Part shown: piece after piece, positions 10,269 to 19,485 of the stretch
How the letters are laid out: each line of letters starts with the position of its first letter
Position numbering within the stretch: the stretch's first letter is position 1
Assembly: GCA_965246955.1 (NCBI GenBank)
Contig: CBDFGA010000004.1
Location: 1,888,100 to 1,952,099, forward strand
DNA: 64,000 bases
Source: Chthonomonadaceae bacterium
GTDB taxonomy: Bacteria; Armatimonadota; Chthonomonadetes; Chthonomonadales; Chthonomonadaceae
Direction: 5' to 3'
Program-made: the position numbers and the translations under genes
The notes under the pieces: generated by a model
Databases searched by the model: none
Seen by the model: only the letters and a program-made list of their open reading frames with translations
What the model was told of the DNA's origin: nothing

Positions 10269-10409
10269 TATCCACGAAACGACACGAAGGGACACGAAAA
10301 AAGGAAATTCGACAAGAGGAAAAATCCAATCATTATCCTGTCAATCCTGAAAATCCCGTCAATCACGTCTAAATTCTTCTTCGTGTCCCTTCGTGTCCTT
10401 TGTGGATAG
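10269..10409. repeat. MITE-like element, family C (ATCCACGAAACGACACGAAGGGACACGAA arms), copy 1
   Basis: About 30-bp terminal inverted repeats. Inner aatcctgaaaatcccgt motif shared with copy 3. Other copies at 25295-25450 and 26150-26276. Confidence 0.85.
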
Positions 10410-10429
10410 AACGCATTTTTCGCTTTGAG

Positions 10430-11197
10430 TCAGCGCGGCAGCAAAATGGGCAGGGCGCGGGCGGGCGAGGCGACGGAATTTCGCGGCGCGGGGATTTGTC
10501 CCTCGTCCAGTTTTTCCATTGCGCCGACTGTCCAGGGGCGGGACTGTCCCACGAGAATCAGGCCGCTTTCCGTTAGACGCGCAATGCGGAATCGCCCGAT
10601 GTACTCCCCAACGCGGCGGTACACCGTCTGATCCAATTTTCCGGAACCCTCTTTGCCGCCGTTTTTCAGCGCAATCGTAAGCTGCGCGACCCGTTCCTGA
10701 CCGGCCTGATACACGCCGTCCAGCGTCACTTCGAGCGGCGGCGCAGCGACCATCTGCGCAACGGTCTGCGGCGGCGGGTTGTAGGCGGGGATGGGGGGGA
10801 AATTCGGAATCGGGCGCGTCTTGACGGTCGGCAGACTGCGCGTGACCTGCGGTTCCACTTTCGCAATCTGAATCGGGGCGGCAATCGTGCGGAAAGCGTC
10901 GGTATGCCCCCCGAAACTCGCGCCTACGCTGACGGGCGCGTCTGTGTCAATCGTATCGTCGAAGCGGCGCATCTGTCCTGGATTGCCCGCGCCTGCGATG
11001 ACCGTTCCCGTCCCGATGGGCGCAGCGGCGGGCGTTCCGCTCCCTGTCGCAGGATTGGCGGCAGGATTCGTCACGGTGGACGCCGTGTCTTTCGGGGCAA
11101 GCGCGGGAATCAACCGCGCAGCCGCAATAATCAAAATGACCACGATTCCAATAATTAGCCCGATAATCTTGGGCCGGTCTTCTGGTTTAGTTTGCAT
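10430..11197 (-). CDS. PilP-like pilus assembly protein (N-terminal TM, Pro-rich linker)
   Basis: C-terminal RVGEYIGRFRIARLTESGLIL resembles the PilP beta-domain. Located immediately downstream of the secretin. Confidence 0.45.
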   Translation of the reverse strand: MQTKPEDRPKIIGLIIGIVVILIIAAARLIPALAPKDTASTVTNPAANPATGSGTPAAAPIGTGTVIAGAGNPGQMRRFDDTIDTDAPVSVGASFGGHTDAFRTIAAPIQIAKVEPQVTRSLPTVKTRPIPNFPPIPAYNPPPQTVAQMVAAPPLEVTLDGVYQAGQERVAQLTIALKNGGKEGSGKLDQTVYRRVGEYIGRFRIARLTESGLILVGQSRPWTVGAMEKLDEGQIPAPRNSVASPARALPILLPR

Positions 11198-11213
11198 AGT
11201 TTTTATACCTCAA

Positions 11214-11442
11214 TTCAGGTGTTCGGGTGTTCAGGTGTTCGCCGCGTGTTGAAAACACCCGTCTGTGTAGCCTGCGGCTTCGTGTCCTTCGGACACACCA
11301 ATCAGGTTTTGACTGCTGCATCCGAAGGACGCGAGGCGCTTGCGCCACACAGACGGGTATATGTTGATGGGTAACACTTGGTCGCTGGTCGCCGACGGGT
11401 GTTTTCAACACGCTGCGTCAATCCTTGAACACCTGAACACCT
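11214..11442. repeat. Composite MITE-like element, family A arms with nested inner palindromes, copy 2
   Basis: Outer arms ttcaggtgttcgggtgttcaggtgttc / gaacacctgaacacc. Inner inverted repeat cgtgttgaaaacacccgtc. Occupies the whole pilQ-pilP intergenic gap. Confidence 0.8.
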
Positions 11443-11444
11443 TC

Positions 11445-13289
11445 CTAATCCGTGAGCAGGTGCGGCGTCACAAAGACCATGACTTCGCGGCGCAGGTGGT
11501 TGTACGTATGGCTGCGGAACAGGTTGCCGACAAACGGAATATCGCCGAGCAATGGAATTTTCGTCAGCGTTTTCGTGTCCTCTTCTTGAAGCAGGCCGCC
11601 GATGACCAGCGTTTCGCCGCTGCGGATTCGCACCGTCGTTTCCGCCTCGCGAGAAAACGTGCTGAATAGTCCCGTGCGGGAGTCTACCGCCCCGGCGCTG
11701 CTGTAAATCGGGTGGACGTGCAGGGTGATTTTGTCGTCTTCGTTCAGCCGCGCCCGCATCTGCAAAATAATCCCGACGGGGATTTCCACCACGCTGTTCA
11801 GGACGATGCTGTTGCCCGTTCCGACGTTCGTGGGAATAGTGGAAACGCTGACGCGCCGCGTCTCACCGACAAATACCACGCCCTCCAGATCGTTGAGGGC
11901 CGTGATCGTGGGTTTGGCGAGGACGTGAACGTCCTGCCGCTGAAAGAAAGCGTTCAGCGTCCCGGTGATGTTGGCGGACGTGCCGGTAATTGCTCCGTTT
12001 GCGATTCGCAAAATCCCCTGCGTGACGCCCGTGCCTGCTGAGTTGAGACTACCCGTCCAGTCCACGCCCAGCGTCTGCGCGGTCGTCGGACTGGTGCTAA
12101 CGACTTTGACATCCAGCACAATCTGCGGAGTCGGCGTGTCCAGTTTCGCAAGCAACTCCTGCGCGGCGCGGACGGCCTGTTCCGTGCCGCCAATGATAAT
12201 GGATCGGTAGCGTTCGCCGCCGCCATTCTGTCCCGTTCCGCTGCTGGAACTGCTGCCGCCCGAACCGCCTCCGCTTGAGCCGCCCGACGATCCGCCGGAA
12301 CTGCCGCCCGATGAGCCGCCGCTGCTGGAAGACCCGCCGGAACTGCCGCCTGATGAGCCGCCGCTGCTTGATCCGCCCCCCGAACCGACCGCCGAGTTAG
12401 AAGTTGTCAGGGCCACGTCGCGCAGGGGAATGAAGTAAGACGCAGGGCCGGGAACGACCGTCACATTCAGCGTCGTTTGCCGCAGCGTATTGACCAGACT
12501 AAGCGGGCTGGCGTATTTTACCTGATAGACGAAATACCGCGTGTTCGCCTCTTTGCCTTTGTCCAGTTCCCGCATGAAGGTCTGCGCCCGCTCCACGTCG
12601 CTGCGCTTGCCGGTGAAGACAACGGCGCTCTCACCCGCCTTTTGCGCGTCCAACTTAAATTGCGTCGTTAAAATCTGCTGCGCATCGGCGACGGGAATTG
12701 TGCTTAACGTAAGCGAGACGCTTTCCAGCGGTTCGCCGGAATAGGGCGCGTCGAGTTCCTGCAAGATGCCCCGCGCCTGATCTAAGTCCTGCGGCGCTCC
12801 AATTAAAATGATACTGCGGGCGGCGGCCCGCGCCGTCACGAAGGGGACTGCCGCATGAATCTGTTCGGCAATGTCCTTGATCTTCGCCGTGTCGGTCACG
12901 TTTTGCAGCGGAACGCGCTCCTGCGTCCCGTATTTTGCCAGAATATCGGGCATCTCCTTGTCCGGGGCCACGATGTAGACATTGCCGACGCGCCGGTAGG
13001 AGGCGTTGGCCTGCGCCGAGACCAGTTTCATGGCGTCGTCCACGCTGGCGTCGTTCAGGTTCACGCTGACGATTTTTTTCAGGTCTTCCGTCGTGACAAT
13101 GCCGACTCCGGCGATTCGGGCCAGAGCGTCCAGCACTTTGGACGCCTCCGCCCGAAAAACGAAATGGTCAATCCGCTTTTCTGTCGCTCCCGCGTGGGAG
13201 CCGCGTCCGGCAGCCGTTTGCGCCAGCGGACTGGCAACGGGAAGTAAGAGCGCAAACGCCGCAATGGGCAGAGATTTATGAGTTCGCAT
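11445..13289 (-). CDS. pilQ: Type IV pilus / T2SS secretin (PilQ/GspD family) with Gly-Ser low-complexity insert
   Basis: Signal peptide. Secretin C-domain (VIGGLLQEEDTKTLTKIPLLGDIPFVGNLF). GS-rich tract encoded by repetitive DNA around 12240-12400. Confidence 0.9.
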   Translation of the reverse strand: MRTHKSLPIAAFALLLPVASPLAQTAAGRGSHAGATEKRIDHFVFRAEASKVLDALARIAGVGIVTTEDLKKIVSVNLNDASVDDAMKLVSAQANASYRRVGNVYIVAPDKEMPDILAKYGTQERVPLQNVTDTAKIKDIAEQIHAAVPFVTARAAARSIILIGAPQDLDQARGILQELDAPYSGEPLESVSLTLSTIPVADAQQILTTQFKLDAQKAGESAVVFTGKRSDVERAQTFMRELDKGKEANTRYFVYQVKYASPLSLVNTLRQTTLNVTVVPGPASYFIPLRDVALTTSNSAVGSGGGSSSGGSSGGSSGGSSSSGGSSGGSSGGSSGGSSGGGSGGSSSSSGTGQNGGGERYRSIIIGGTEQAVRAAQELLAKLDTPTPQIVLDVKVVSTSPTTAQTLGVDWTGSLNSAGTGVTQGILRIANGAITGTSANITGTLNAFFQRQDVHVLAKPTITALNDLEGVVFVGETRRVSVSTIPTNVGTGNSIVLNSVVEIPVGIILQMRARLNEDDKITLHVHPIYSSAGAVDSRTGLFSTFSREAETTVRIRSGETLVIGGLLQEEDTKTLTKIPLLGDIPFVGNLFRSHTYNHLRREVMVFVTPHLLTD

Positions 13290-13317
13290 GGGTTTCTCCT
13301 GAAGAAGATATTATGCA

Positions 13318-13375
13318 TTAGATACCAGATATTAGGAACAATAACTAATATCTGGTATCTAGTATCTAATATCTC
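13318..13375. repeat. AT-rich perfect 16-bp inverted repeat (agataccagatattag / ctaatatctggtatct), family G
   Basis: Lies between pilO-like stop and pilQ start. Extra partial arm agtatctaatatct. Confidence 0.7.
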
Positions 13376-14048
13376 ACCTGGCTTGCGGCGGCGCGGGGGC
13401 CGCATCCGGTTTGTACACGAAACGGGTCAGCAGCAGGGTGGCGTGCAGTTCGCCGGTGGCGCTGTCGCCGCCATTGATTTGCAGGCTGTTGATATTGATG
13501 GCGCGGGGCGCTCCATAGCGCACGCCGCCCCCGCTAAAGCGATAATTGTACAGATTGCGCACAAACGTATTGATATTTGGAAAAGACCCGACGACGATCA
13601 GCGTGGTTGACAGCGGGCGGACGCCGAGCGGCAGACTGGTCAGCGAGTAGCCCGCTTTTTTGTCGTCCTCTTTTTTTGATGCGCTGGACGCGCCGGTTTT
13701 CGCCCCCGCCGCCTGCGTCCCAATCGTCGGAAGCGCCGACGGAACTGCCGGAACGATGCTCGTAGGGCGGACGCCGGAAGTCTCCATCAGCCGCTTTAAC
13801 TGCCCGTAAAACTCCGGGTCTTCGCGCATGGTGTCAGGCGCGGCGAGTCGCCGCGTCACGTCCTTGAACTGCGACTGGAGGGTAATCCGGTTCTGCTCCT
13901 GAATGGCGATATTGCGGCTGGTCTGTTGCTGCTCCTGTTTCGCGGTGGTGTAGCGTCCCCACTGATACCACCCGAAACCGAAGGCGATAATCAGCGCGAC
14001 GCTCCACGTAATCCAGGTCAAAATCGTCGTTAAATTGAAGCGCCCCAT
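13374..14048 (-). CDS. PilO-like (GspM-like) pilus assembly protein
   Basis: Single N-terminal TM, then coiled coil and periplasmic domain. AAGGAG SD before ATG at 14048. ORF-track start 14087 is an alternative. Confidence 0.6.
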   Translation of the reverse strand: MGRFNLTTILTWITWSVALIIAFGFGWYQWGRYTTAKQEQQQTSRNIAIQEQNRITLQSQFKDVTRRLAAPDTMREDPEFYGQLKRLMETSGVRPTSIVPAVPSALPTIGTQAAGAKTGASSASKKEDDKKAGYSLTSLPLGVRPLSTTLIVVGSFPNINTFVRNLYNYRFSGGGVRYGAPRAININSLQINGGDSATGELHATLLLTRFVYKPDAAPAPPQAR

Positions 14049-14090
14049 AAGGCTCCTTGCCGCGCTGCGGCCTGCGCGAATCGGCATTGA

Positions 14091-15806
14091 TTACAGCGGG
14101 CTGTTTTCGCTTTGCAGCGCCGCCTGCGTTCCGCTCAACGCCGTTTCGATGCGAAACGTCGTGATATGCGTCACCGGGTCGGAAGTGACCGTCTGCGCCC
14201 GTGTCCCGACGAAATGCGGGCAGGTGCGCAGCGTCAGATAATACAGATTAAATTCCTGCAAGTCGCGGGCGCTGCCCTCGACCGAGATTTTGCCGCCGCG
14301 CTCAATTTGAAGGTTTTTCAGCCCGACGCCCAGCGGCAATTCTTTTGTGACCTGATCCATGATGGCGGGCATTGGCAGGTTATCGCTTTTCACGATCCAG
14401 CCCAGCGCCTGCTCGTCCTGAATTTTCCTGTCCAGCACGGAGTAGTCCTGCTGATTCAGCGCGTACTGTTTCCGCAGGCGCTGCAATTCGTCGTTCTCCC
14501 CGTTGGCGCTGCGCCCGATCATCAGGCCGGAGAAGAAGCCGCCAATCAGGATGCAGATCGCCCCGATCATGACGGCGGTCAGGCGGTCGCGCTCAATAAT
14601 CGGCGTGGTGGAAGTCGCCGTCGTCGCCAGATTAAAGTGGGGGACCGCCCGCGATTCGGGCATGACGGCGTACTGCGCGAGGCCCAAAGCCCCCAGATAT
14701 TTCAAACCCTGCGGGGCCTGAAGCATCGCCGCGATTTCCGACGGCGAACCGGCGTCCAGCGGCGGCTCAACGACGCTCACATCGAGTTGCAGCGATTGCG
14801 TCAGCCACGAAGCGATGTCCGCCGCCTCCGGGTCGTTGGAGGTCAGCACAATGCGCGTAATCGGTGTGGCGGCGGGAAACTCCCGCTGATAATAGTCAAG
14901 CGAGCGCTGCACCTCATTAGAAAGCGAGGCCGCCGCCTGCGGCGTGACCTTACCGCCCGTCGCGCTGCTGTCAATCGGCGGGAAAGCGCCTGTGCCGCGC
15001 CGACTGTTCAGGTCGCCCGTCTGCAACTCGTCGGTGTCGCCCTCGTCCGGGTTCAGCATGATGCGCGGCGGGCGGGCGGGCGTCGGGACGCCAAAATCCA
15101 TCGAAAGGTCGGCGGAACCGGGAATCCGGGAGGACGCGGTGCGCCGCCCCTTGATGAAATCGTCGCTGCCCTGATCCAGACGGCGGTATAGCCGAATCCG
15201 CCCCTGATCCAGAATCGAGAGTTCCGAGCGCGTCGGGGTGACGGCGAGGCACAGCGTGGACGGGGCGCTCTGGAGCAGAGGATAGGCGGCGCGAAACAGG
15301 GCCAGCGTAATCGGTTCCAGCGCGATGAATTGCAGCCCTGCGCGTTCTACTACCGCGCGGAATCCCTGCGCCACGCGGTCTTCTGTCGCCATCAGCAGCA
15401 CGGACGGCAGGGCCTCGGTGGGGCCGGGAAGGCTGTCCATGCGGAAAAAGTCGAACGCGCCCGCGCCCTGCCGCAAAATCTGGTAGTGGGCCAGTTCGCC
15501 CTCCAGCACGACGCGCAGTTCCGATTCGGGGACGCGGGGGATGTCCATGACGCGGGTCACGACGCTTTGCAGCCCCATTCCGATCACGACAGCGCGGGAC
15601 TGACACCCGATGCGGGCGTGGAGGCCGCGCAGCAAGTCCGCCACCGCCTCGACCTGCGCGATGCGGTCGCCGTCCACCGCACCGGCAGGCAGCGGCACGG
15701 AACTGGCGCGAATGACCTGCGGCGGGTTGCCGCCGCGCATCTCCACCAGCCGGATTTCTCGCGGGCCTATCTCAATTCCCAGCGCTGTGCGTCTCTGAGT
15801 CGCCAT
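14091..15806 (-). CDS. PilM-PilN fusion protein (actin-like ATPase fold + TM + periplasmic domain; GspL analogue)
   Basis: N-terminal PilM-like region (IGIEIGPREIRLVE). Central TM (AVMIGAICILIGGFF) then PilN-like coiled coil. Alternative TTG start at 15827. Confidence 0.75.
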   Translation of the reverse strand: MATQRRTALGIEIGPREIRLVEMRGGNPPQVIRASSVPLPAGAVDGDRIAQVEAVADLLRGLHARIGCQSRAVVIGMGLQSVVTRVMDIPRVPESELRVVLEGELAHYQILRQGAGAFDFFRMDSLPGPTEALPSVLLMATEDRVAQGFRAVVERAGLQFIALEPITLALFRAAYPLLQSAPSTLCLAVTPTRSELSILDQGRIRLYRRLDQGSDDFIKGRRTASSRIPGSADLSMDFGVPTPARPPRIMLNPDEGDTDELQTGDLNSRRGTGAFPPIDSSATGGKVTPQAAASLSNEVQRSLDYYQREFPAATPITRIVLTSNDPEAADIASWLTQSLQLDVSVVEPPLDAGSPSEIAAMLQAPQGLKYLGALGLAQYAVMPESRAVPHFNLATTATSTTPIIERDRLTAVMIGAICILIGGFFSGLMIGRSANGENDELQRLRKQYALNQQDYSVLDRKIQDEQALGWIVKSDNLPMPAIMDQVTKELPLGVGLKNLQIERGGKISVEGSARDLQEFNLYYLTLRTCPHFVGTRAQTVTSDPVTHITTFRIETALSGTQAALQSENSPL

Positions 15807-15840
15807 TCCGTTGTCAATTCTCCCCAATCAATGCAAAAAT

Positions 15841-15892
15841 GCGGGTGTTCGGGTGTTTAGGTGTTCGGTGTCAATACCGAATACCCGAATAC
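15841..15892. repeat. Family A heptad-repeat element (degenerate), copy 3
   Basis: gcgggtgttcgggtgtttaggtgttcggtgtc..gaatacccgaatac. Confidence 0.6.
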
Positions 15893-15904
15893 TTTATACT
15901 TTCC

Positions 15905-16600
15905 TCACGAGGGCGGGACGGGCGCGTTGTAGGCCCCGCGCAGGGTCACCGCGCCGGTCAGGGTGCGGGTATATACCCGACTGTCAATGGATTTCGGGTA
16001 CGGGTTGTACCGCGCCGTCACCGTAATATAGATCGTTTTCGTCGTATAGAAGATGCGTCCATGCGTCGGGTCGGTTGTCGGGTCGCCTGCGATTAGTCCC
16101 TGCACCGTGTCAAATGTCCATTTGGTATTATTGGGCGCGGAGGGCAGACGATACTCATAAGCAAAATGGATATCGCCTCCATTGATATATAGCGCCGCCG
16201 CAGTAGGATCGCCTCTCAGTGGTCGTAAATGCGCCAGATAGGGAATATTGTTTGCAGATACTTCTGTGTAAAATTGATCTGTGTCGTGGCCTTGCAGACT
16301 CAAATACGATGAACTGCTATTACCAGGGTTAATTTGACCATTGATGTTTTGACCGGCAGACGTATAGAGATCGGCCTCCGTACTGCCTGTCCGCACCGCG
16401 TCGCAGAGGGTATCTAAAGCGCGGCGGGCCTCGCTGTCCACCCGGTTTTGCCATTTCAGATCGCTGAAAGACTGCCAGCTCGACTCCATCATTCTGGCAA
16501 CGCCGACCATGATAATCAGCAGAATAAACAGTGTGACCAGCAGTTCGGACATGGTAAGCCCGCGCCGGTGAGCGCGGCGTGTAACTTTTTGTCGGGACAT
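15905..16600 (-). CDS. Prepilin-type N-terminal cleavage/methylation domain pseudopilin
   Basis: RRGLTMSELLVTLFILLIIM prepilin-like N-terminus. Confidence 0.7.
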   Translation of the reverse strand: MSRQKVTRRAHRRGLTMSELLVTLFILLIIMVGVARMMESSWQSFSDLKWQNRVDSEARRALDTLCDAVRTGSTEADLYTSAGQNINGQINPGNSSSSYLSLQGHDTDQFYTEVSANNIPYLAHLRPLRGDPTAAALYINGGDIHFAYEYRLPSAPNNTKWTFDTVQGLIAGDPTTDPTHGRIFYTTKTIYITVTARYNPYPKSIDSRVYTRTLTGAVTLRGAYNAPVPPS

Positions 16601-16601
16601 C

Positions 16602-17198
16602 TTAAATTCCCCCCATCGCAAGGGCGTCCTGCATCACATACATCGCCGGATCATCCGGGTAGCGGGCGTCGTAGACTTGAACTTCAATCGCCATGATTTG
16701 CAGATCGGGACGGTCGGGCGGGATATGGCCCTGATTCGGATTGTTGCGGGTAACGCGGGTCAGGACGCAGAAACGCGCTCCCGCAGGCGCGGCGGGCTTT
16801 GCCGTCCCGCTGTCCACCCCGTCGTAATTATTGAAGGGCAGCATAATCTCTTTCAGCCCTTCGTCAAAGAAACGCCAGCGGGCCAGCAGGGGCGAAGTCA
16901 GGTTTGGATTGTTGGCGGAATTGATGGGATGGACAATGACCGTTGGCTCCGCCTGATAAAAGTTCAGGCTGCGCGAACGCTCCATGACCTGCCGCGCCAC
17001 TTCGTAGCCCATGCCGCGATTGTCGGAGGCCAACGTTGTCCGCATCATTTGCGCCCATGCCGCCACCGTGCCGGAAATTGCGACCAGCATAATCAGCGCT
17101 GCGACTAGCGTCTCAATGAGTGTCACGCCCCGAAAAGAGGTGCGCCCGATGCAATGCCCCGTATATTTTTGCATAAATCGTCTTGTTTTGACCTTCAT
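16602..17198 (-). CDS. Prepilin-type pseudopilin (PilV/GspI-like)
   Basis: FRGVTLIETLVAALIMLV class III signal motif. Confidence 0.7.
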   Translation of the reverse strand: MKVKTRRFMQKYTGHCIGRTSFRGVTLIETLVAALIMLVAISGTVAAWAQMMRTTLASDNRGMGYEVARQVMERSRSLNFYQAEPTVIVHPINSANNPNLTSPLLARWRFFDEGLKEIMLPFNNYDGVDSGTAKPAAPAGARFCVLTRVTRNNPNQGHIPPDRPDLQIMAIEVQVYDARYPDDPAMYVMQDALAMGGI

Positions 17199-17213
17199 AG
17201 CGCTTTTCCCTGA

Positions 17214-19232
17214 TTAAAACGGGGCTTTTCCGTACTCCGAGGCAGGTTCCGTTTGCAGAATGGGATTATCTGGGTTAATCTCTCGATACTGGGAACTAAC
17301 GCGATAAAAATAGACCAGATAAAACGGATCGTTCGTGTCTTCAATGACCGTGCTTCTTGTAAGATCGTAGGTCAAGGTCGGTTTTCCCACATAATTGTAG
17401 TACGAGTCTACATATTTCGCGGTGGTCTGCCCCACAGTGACATTCCCTGTGAGGGTGACCTTGTTCGCAATCGCCGCAACAACGGTGCAGGGAACACGCG
17501 AGCCATCAATCACAATCGCGCCGCCGTTATCCACTCCGCCGACCGGCAGACTGGTATTCGGCGGACGAATCCCGTAGGCCATTCCGGGGCAGCCCGGAGT
17601 CAGCAAAAATTCGATATTGGGAAAGTGCGTATCCTGCGGCGCGTTTTTGTAGTAGTCTACCGACAGCGTGTCTTTAGTCGAGTCGTAAAACGCATTGTTG
17701 ACAGCGGGCAGCGTAAAAGTCGGCTTGAAGATCATAGGCTGATTGGTGTCGTTATAGAAAACAAATGACGAGGCGATATGGTTGCTTTTTTTGTATCCAT
17801 GCGCAGTGTCCGCCACTGTGTCTTGAATCACTGCGACGTTGGTGATGTGGATCGGCTGGTTCAAGTTTCCATGAACAACGATGCGGCAGGTCACGGGCGC
17901 TCCCACCATATCGGTTGTCCTGATCATATCAAGCAGCAAAACGTCGTTTTCTTTCATCTGGATGTTGTTGAAGTAAAAGACGTTCATGTCCTGATCGGTC
18001 GCGTCCGTCACCGCGCTGACGTAGGAGTGCAGGCGAATTACCCGCAGAGGTTGCCCGGTATTCGGATTTTTCGGCCAGGGATAGTAATCCGGGGACGACG
18101 GATCGTCCGGCGGCGTGAAATCAGCGTCGCTTGATTTGGGAAGGATTGACTTAGCAAATTCTTTTTCTGTCAGTGAAGTGACCGGACCCAGAGTTTTGAA
18201 CTGCGTAGAATTAAACGTTTTGAGACTGGCCCGATAGTTCATATGTTTCATGGCCCCGATTGCAGGGTAGGGGTATGCTCCCCTGCCGTCCGGCAAGAGA
18301 TCAGAGCCGTCTCGTTCTGCGTATATTTTTTGCGAACGCGCTGCCTGATTGTTGCGGGTGCGCGGATCGGTTTGCAGGGTACTGATGTCGGTTCCCGGAA
18401 AAATGTAGGAAACAATTTCGCTGATGGGCGGGAAAACGGCGGCGTCGGTCGTTCGGGGAATGTCCCATCCCGATGGCGCGGCGCTGTCGAAACTTGCTTT
18501 GATTCCGTTCTGCAGACAGCCTTGCAGTCCGCCGAGGCTGCCGTTAAACGACTGCGGGGCCGCGCCGGAATAGGAAACCGATCCGTTGGAACCGATATAG
18601 CCGCGTTCAATCGTGCTGCTGCCTCCGGCGTTCGCGGTGAAGGTCAGGCTGTCGCGCCCGAAAAGAGTATATCGGTCTTCCAGCCGTGTGCCACTCGCCA
18701 CGAGGGAAACGCCGCGCCGATAGCCCGTTTTCGGATCAGTCGCTACGGCATAGACGATACAGTCTTGTGGCGGCTGCCAGGGGCCGGTAGCGCCAGATAC
18801 GCCGTTCTTCACCCAGGTATGCACGTCGTCTCGCAGCTGGATTCCGCCCAGGTCGGCGTTGATTTCGGCGTTGTTAGCGGTGCTGGAGTCCCTTGTATCG
18901 GGCTGGACTTGCCGAATCTGGTCTACCGTCAGGAAGCCGGTTCCGGGATTGCTCGGTTTCGAGCCGTCGGGGAGGTTGGGGACGACGCGGGAGACTTGCA
19001 GCAGCTGCCAGTTGACGGCGGCCTCTGCGCTGTAGATCAGGTGGGAGTATTCGAAGGCGTTCTCCTCCTCCTTGACATGAGACGTGATGAGGCCGGTCAT
19101 CGCCAGAACGATCAGCGAGAGGATGAACACGACCAGCAGGGCGTACATCAGGGCCGCGCCCCGCTCGGCGCGAAACGGGCGCATACTGTGTTTTCGATTT
19201 TTATCCGTGACGATTTCCATATCGTAGTCCAA
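17214..19232 (-). CDS. Large PilX-like minor pilin / pilus-associated protein
   Basis: PilX_N-like N-terminus (ERGAALMYALLVVFILSLIV). 672 aa. TTG start at 19232; alternative ATG at 19184. Confidence 0.55.
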   Translation of the reverse strand: MDYDMEIVTDKNRKHSMRPFRAERGAALMYALLVVFILSLIVLAMTGLITSHVKEEENAFEYSHLIYSAEAAVNWQLLQVSRVVPNLPDGSKPSNPGTGFLTVDQIRQVQPDTRDSSTANNAEINADLGGIQLRDDVHTWVKNGVSGATGPWQPPQDCIVYAVATDPKTGYRRGVSLVASGTRLEDRYTLFGRDSLTFTANAGGSSTIERGYIGSNGSVSYSGAAPQSFNGSLGGLQGCLQNGIKASFDSAAPSGWDIPRTTDAAVFPPISEIVSYIFPGTDISTLQTDPRTRNNQAARSQKIYAERDGSDLLPDGRGAYPYPAIGAMKHMNYRASLKTFNSTQFKTLGPVTSLTEKEFAKSILPKSSDADFTPPDDPSSPDYYPWPKNPNTGQPLRVIRLHSYVSAVTDATDQDMNVFYFNNIQMKENDVLLLDMIRTTDMVGAPVTCRIVVHGNLNQPIHITNVAVIQDTVADTAHGYKKSNHIASSFVFYNDTNQPMIFKPTFTLPAVNNAFYDSTKDTLSVDYYKNAPQDTHFPNIEFLLTPGCPGMAYGIRPPNTSLPVGGVDNGGAIVIDGSRVPCTVVAAIANKVTLTGNVTVGQTTAKYVDSYYNYVGKPTLTYDLTRSTVIEDTNDPFYLVYFYRVSSQYREINPDNPILQTEPASEYGKAPF

Positions 19233-19261
19233 ACTGCGGGCGGACTTGCCCGCGCAATTTC

Positions 19262-19400
19262 ACCCGGTGACCGGGCCGTCAATGCCCCGTCAATCGCAAT
19301 GCGCAGACCGGACAGCGTTTCCGGGCCGTGAACGACCCGTCTGGGAGGCTGCGCCAACCGTCCTGCGGACGGAAAAATGATTTCTACGTGGCGATGAGAA
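19262..19400. repeat. Intergenic repeat family E, copy 2
   Basis: Shares gaccgggccgtgaacgacccgtctgggaggctgcgccaaccgtcctgcggacgg with 5440-5510. Confidence 0.6.
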
Positions 19401-19485
19401 TTATTGACGCTTCTTTCCACTTGAATCGGGCAGATTCCTCTTTTTTACCTGTTTTTGCGCGATTTTACGCTGCTTTGCCGCAAAA

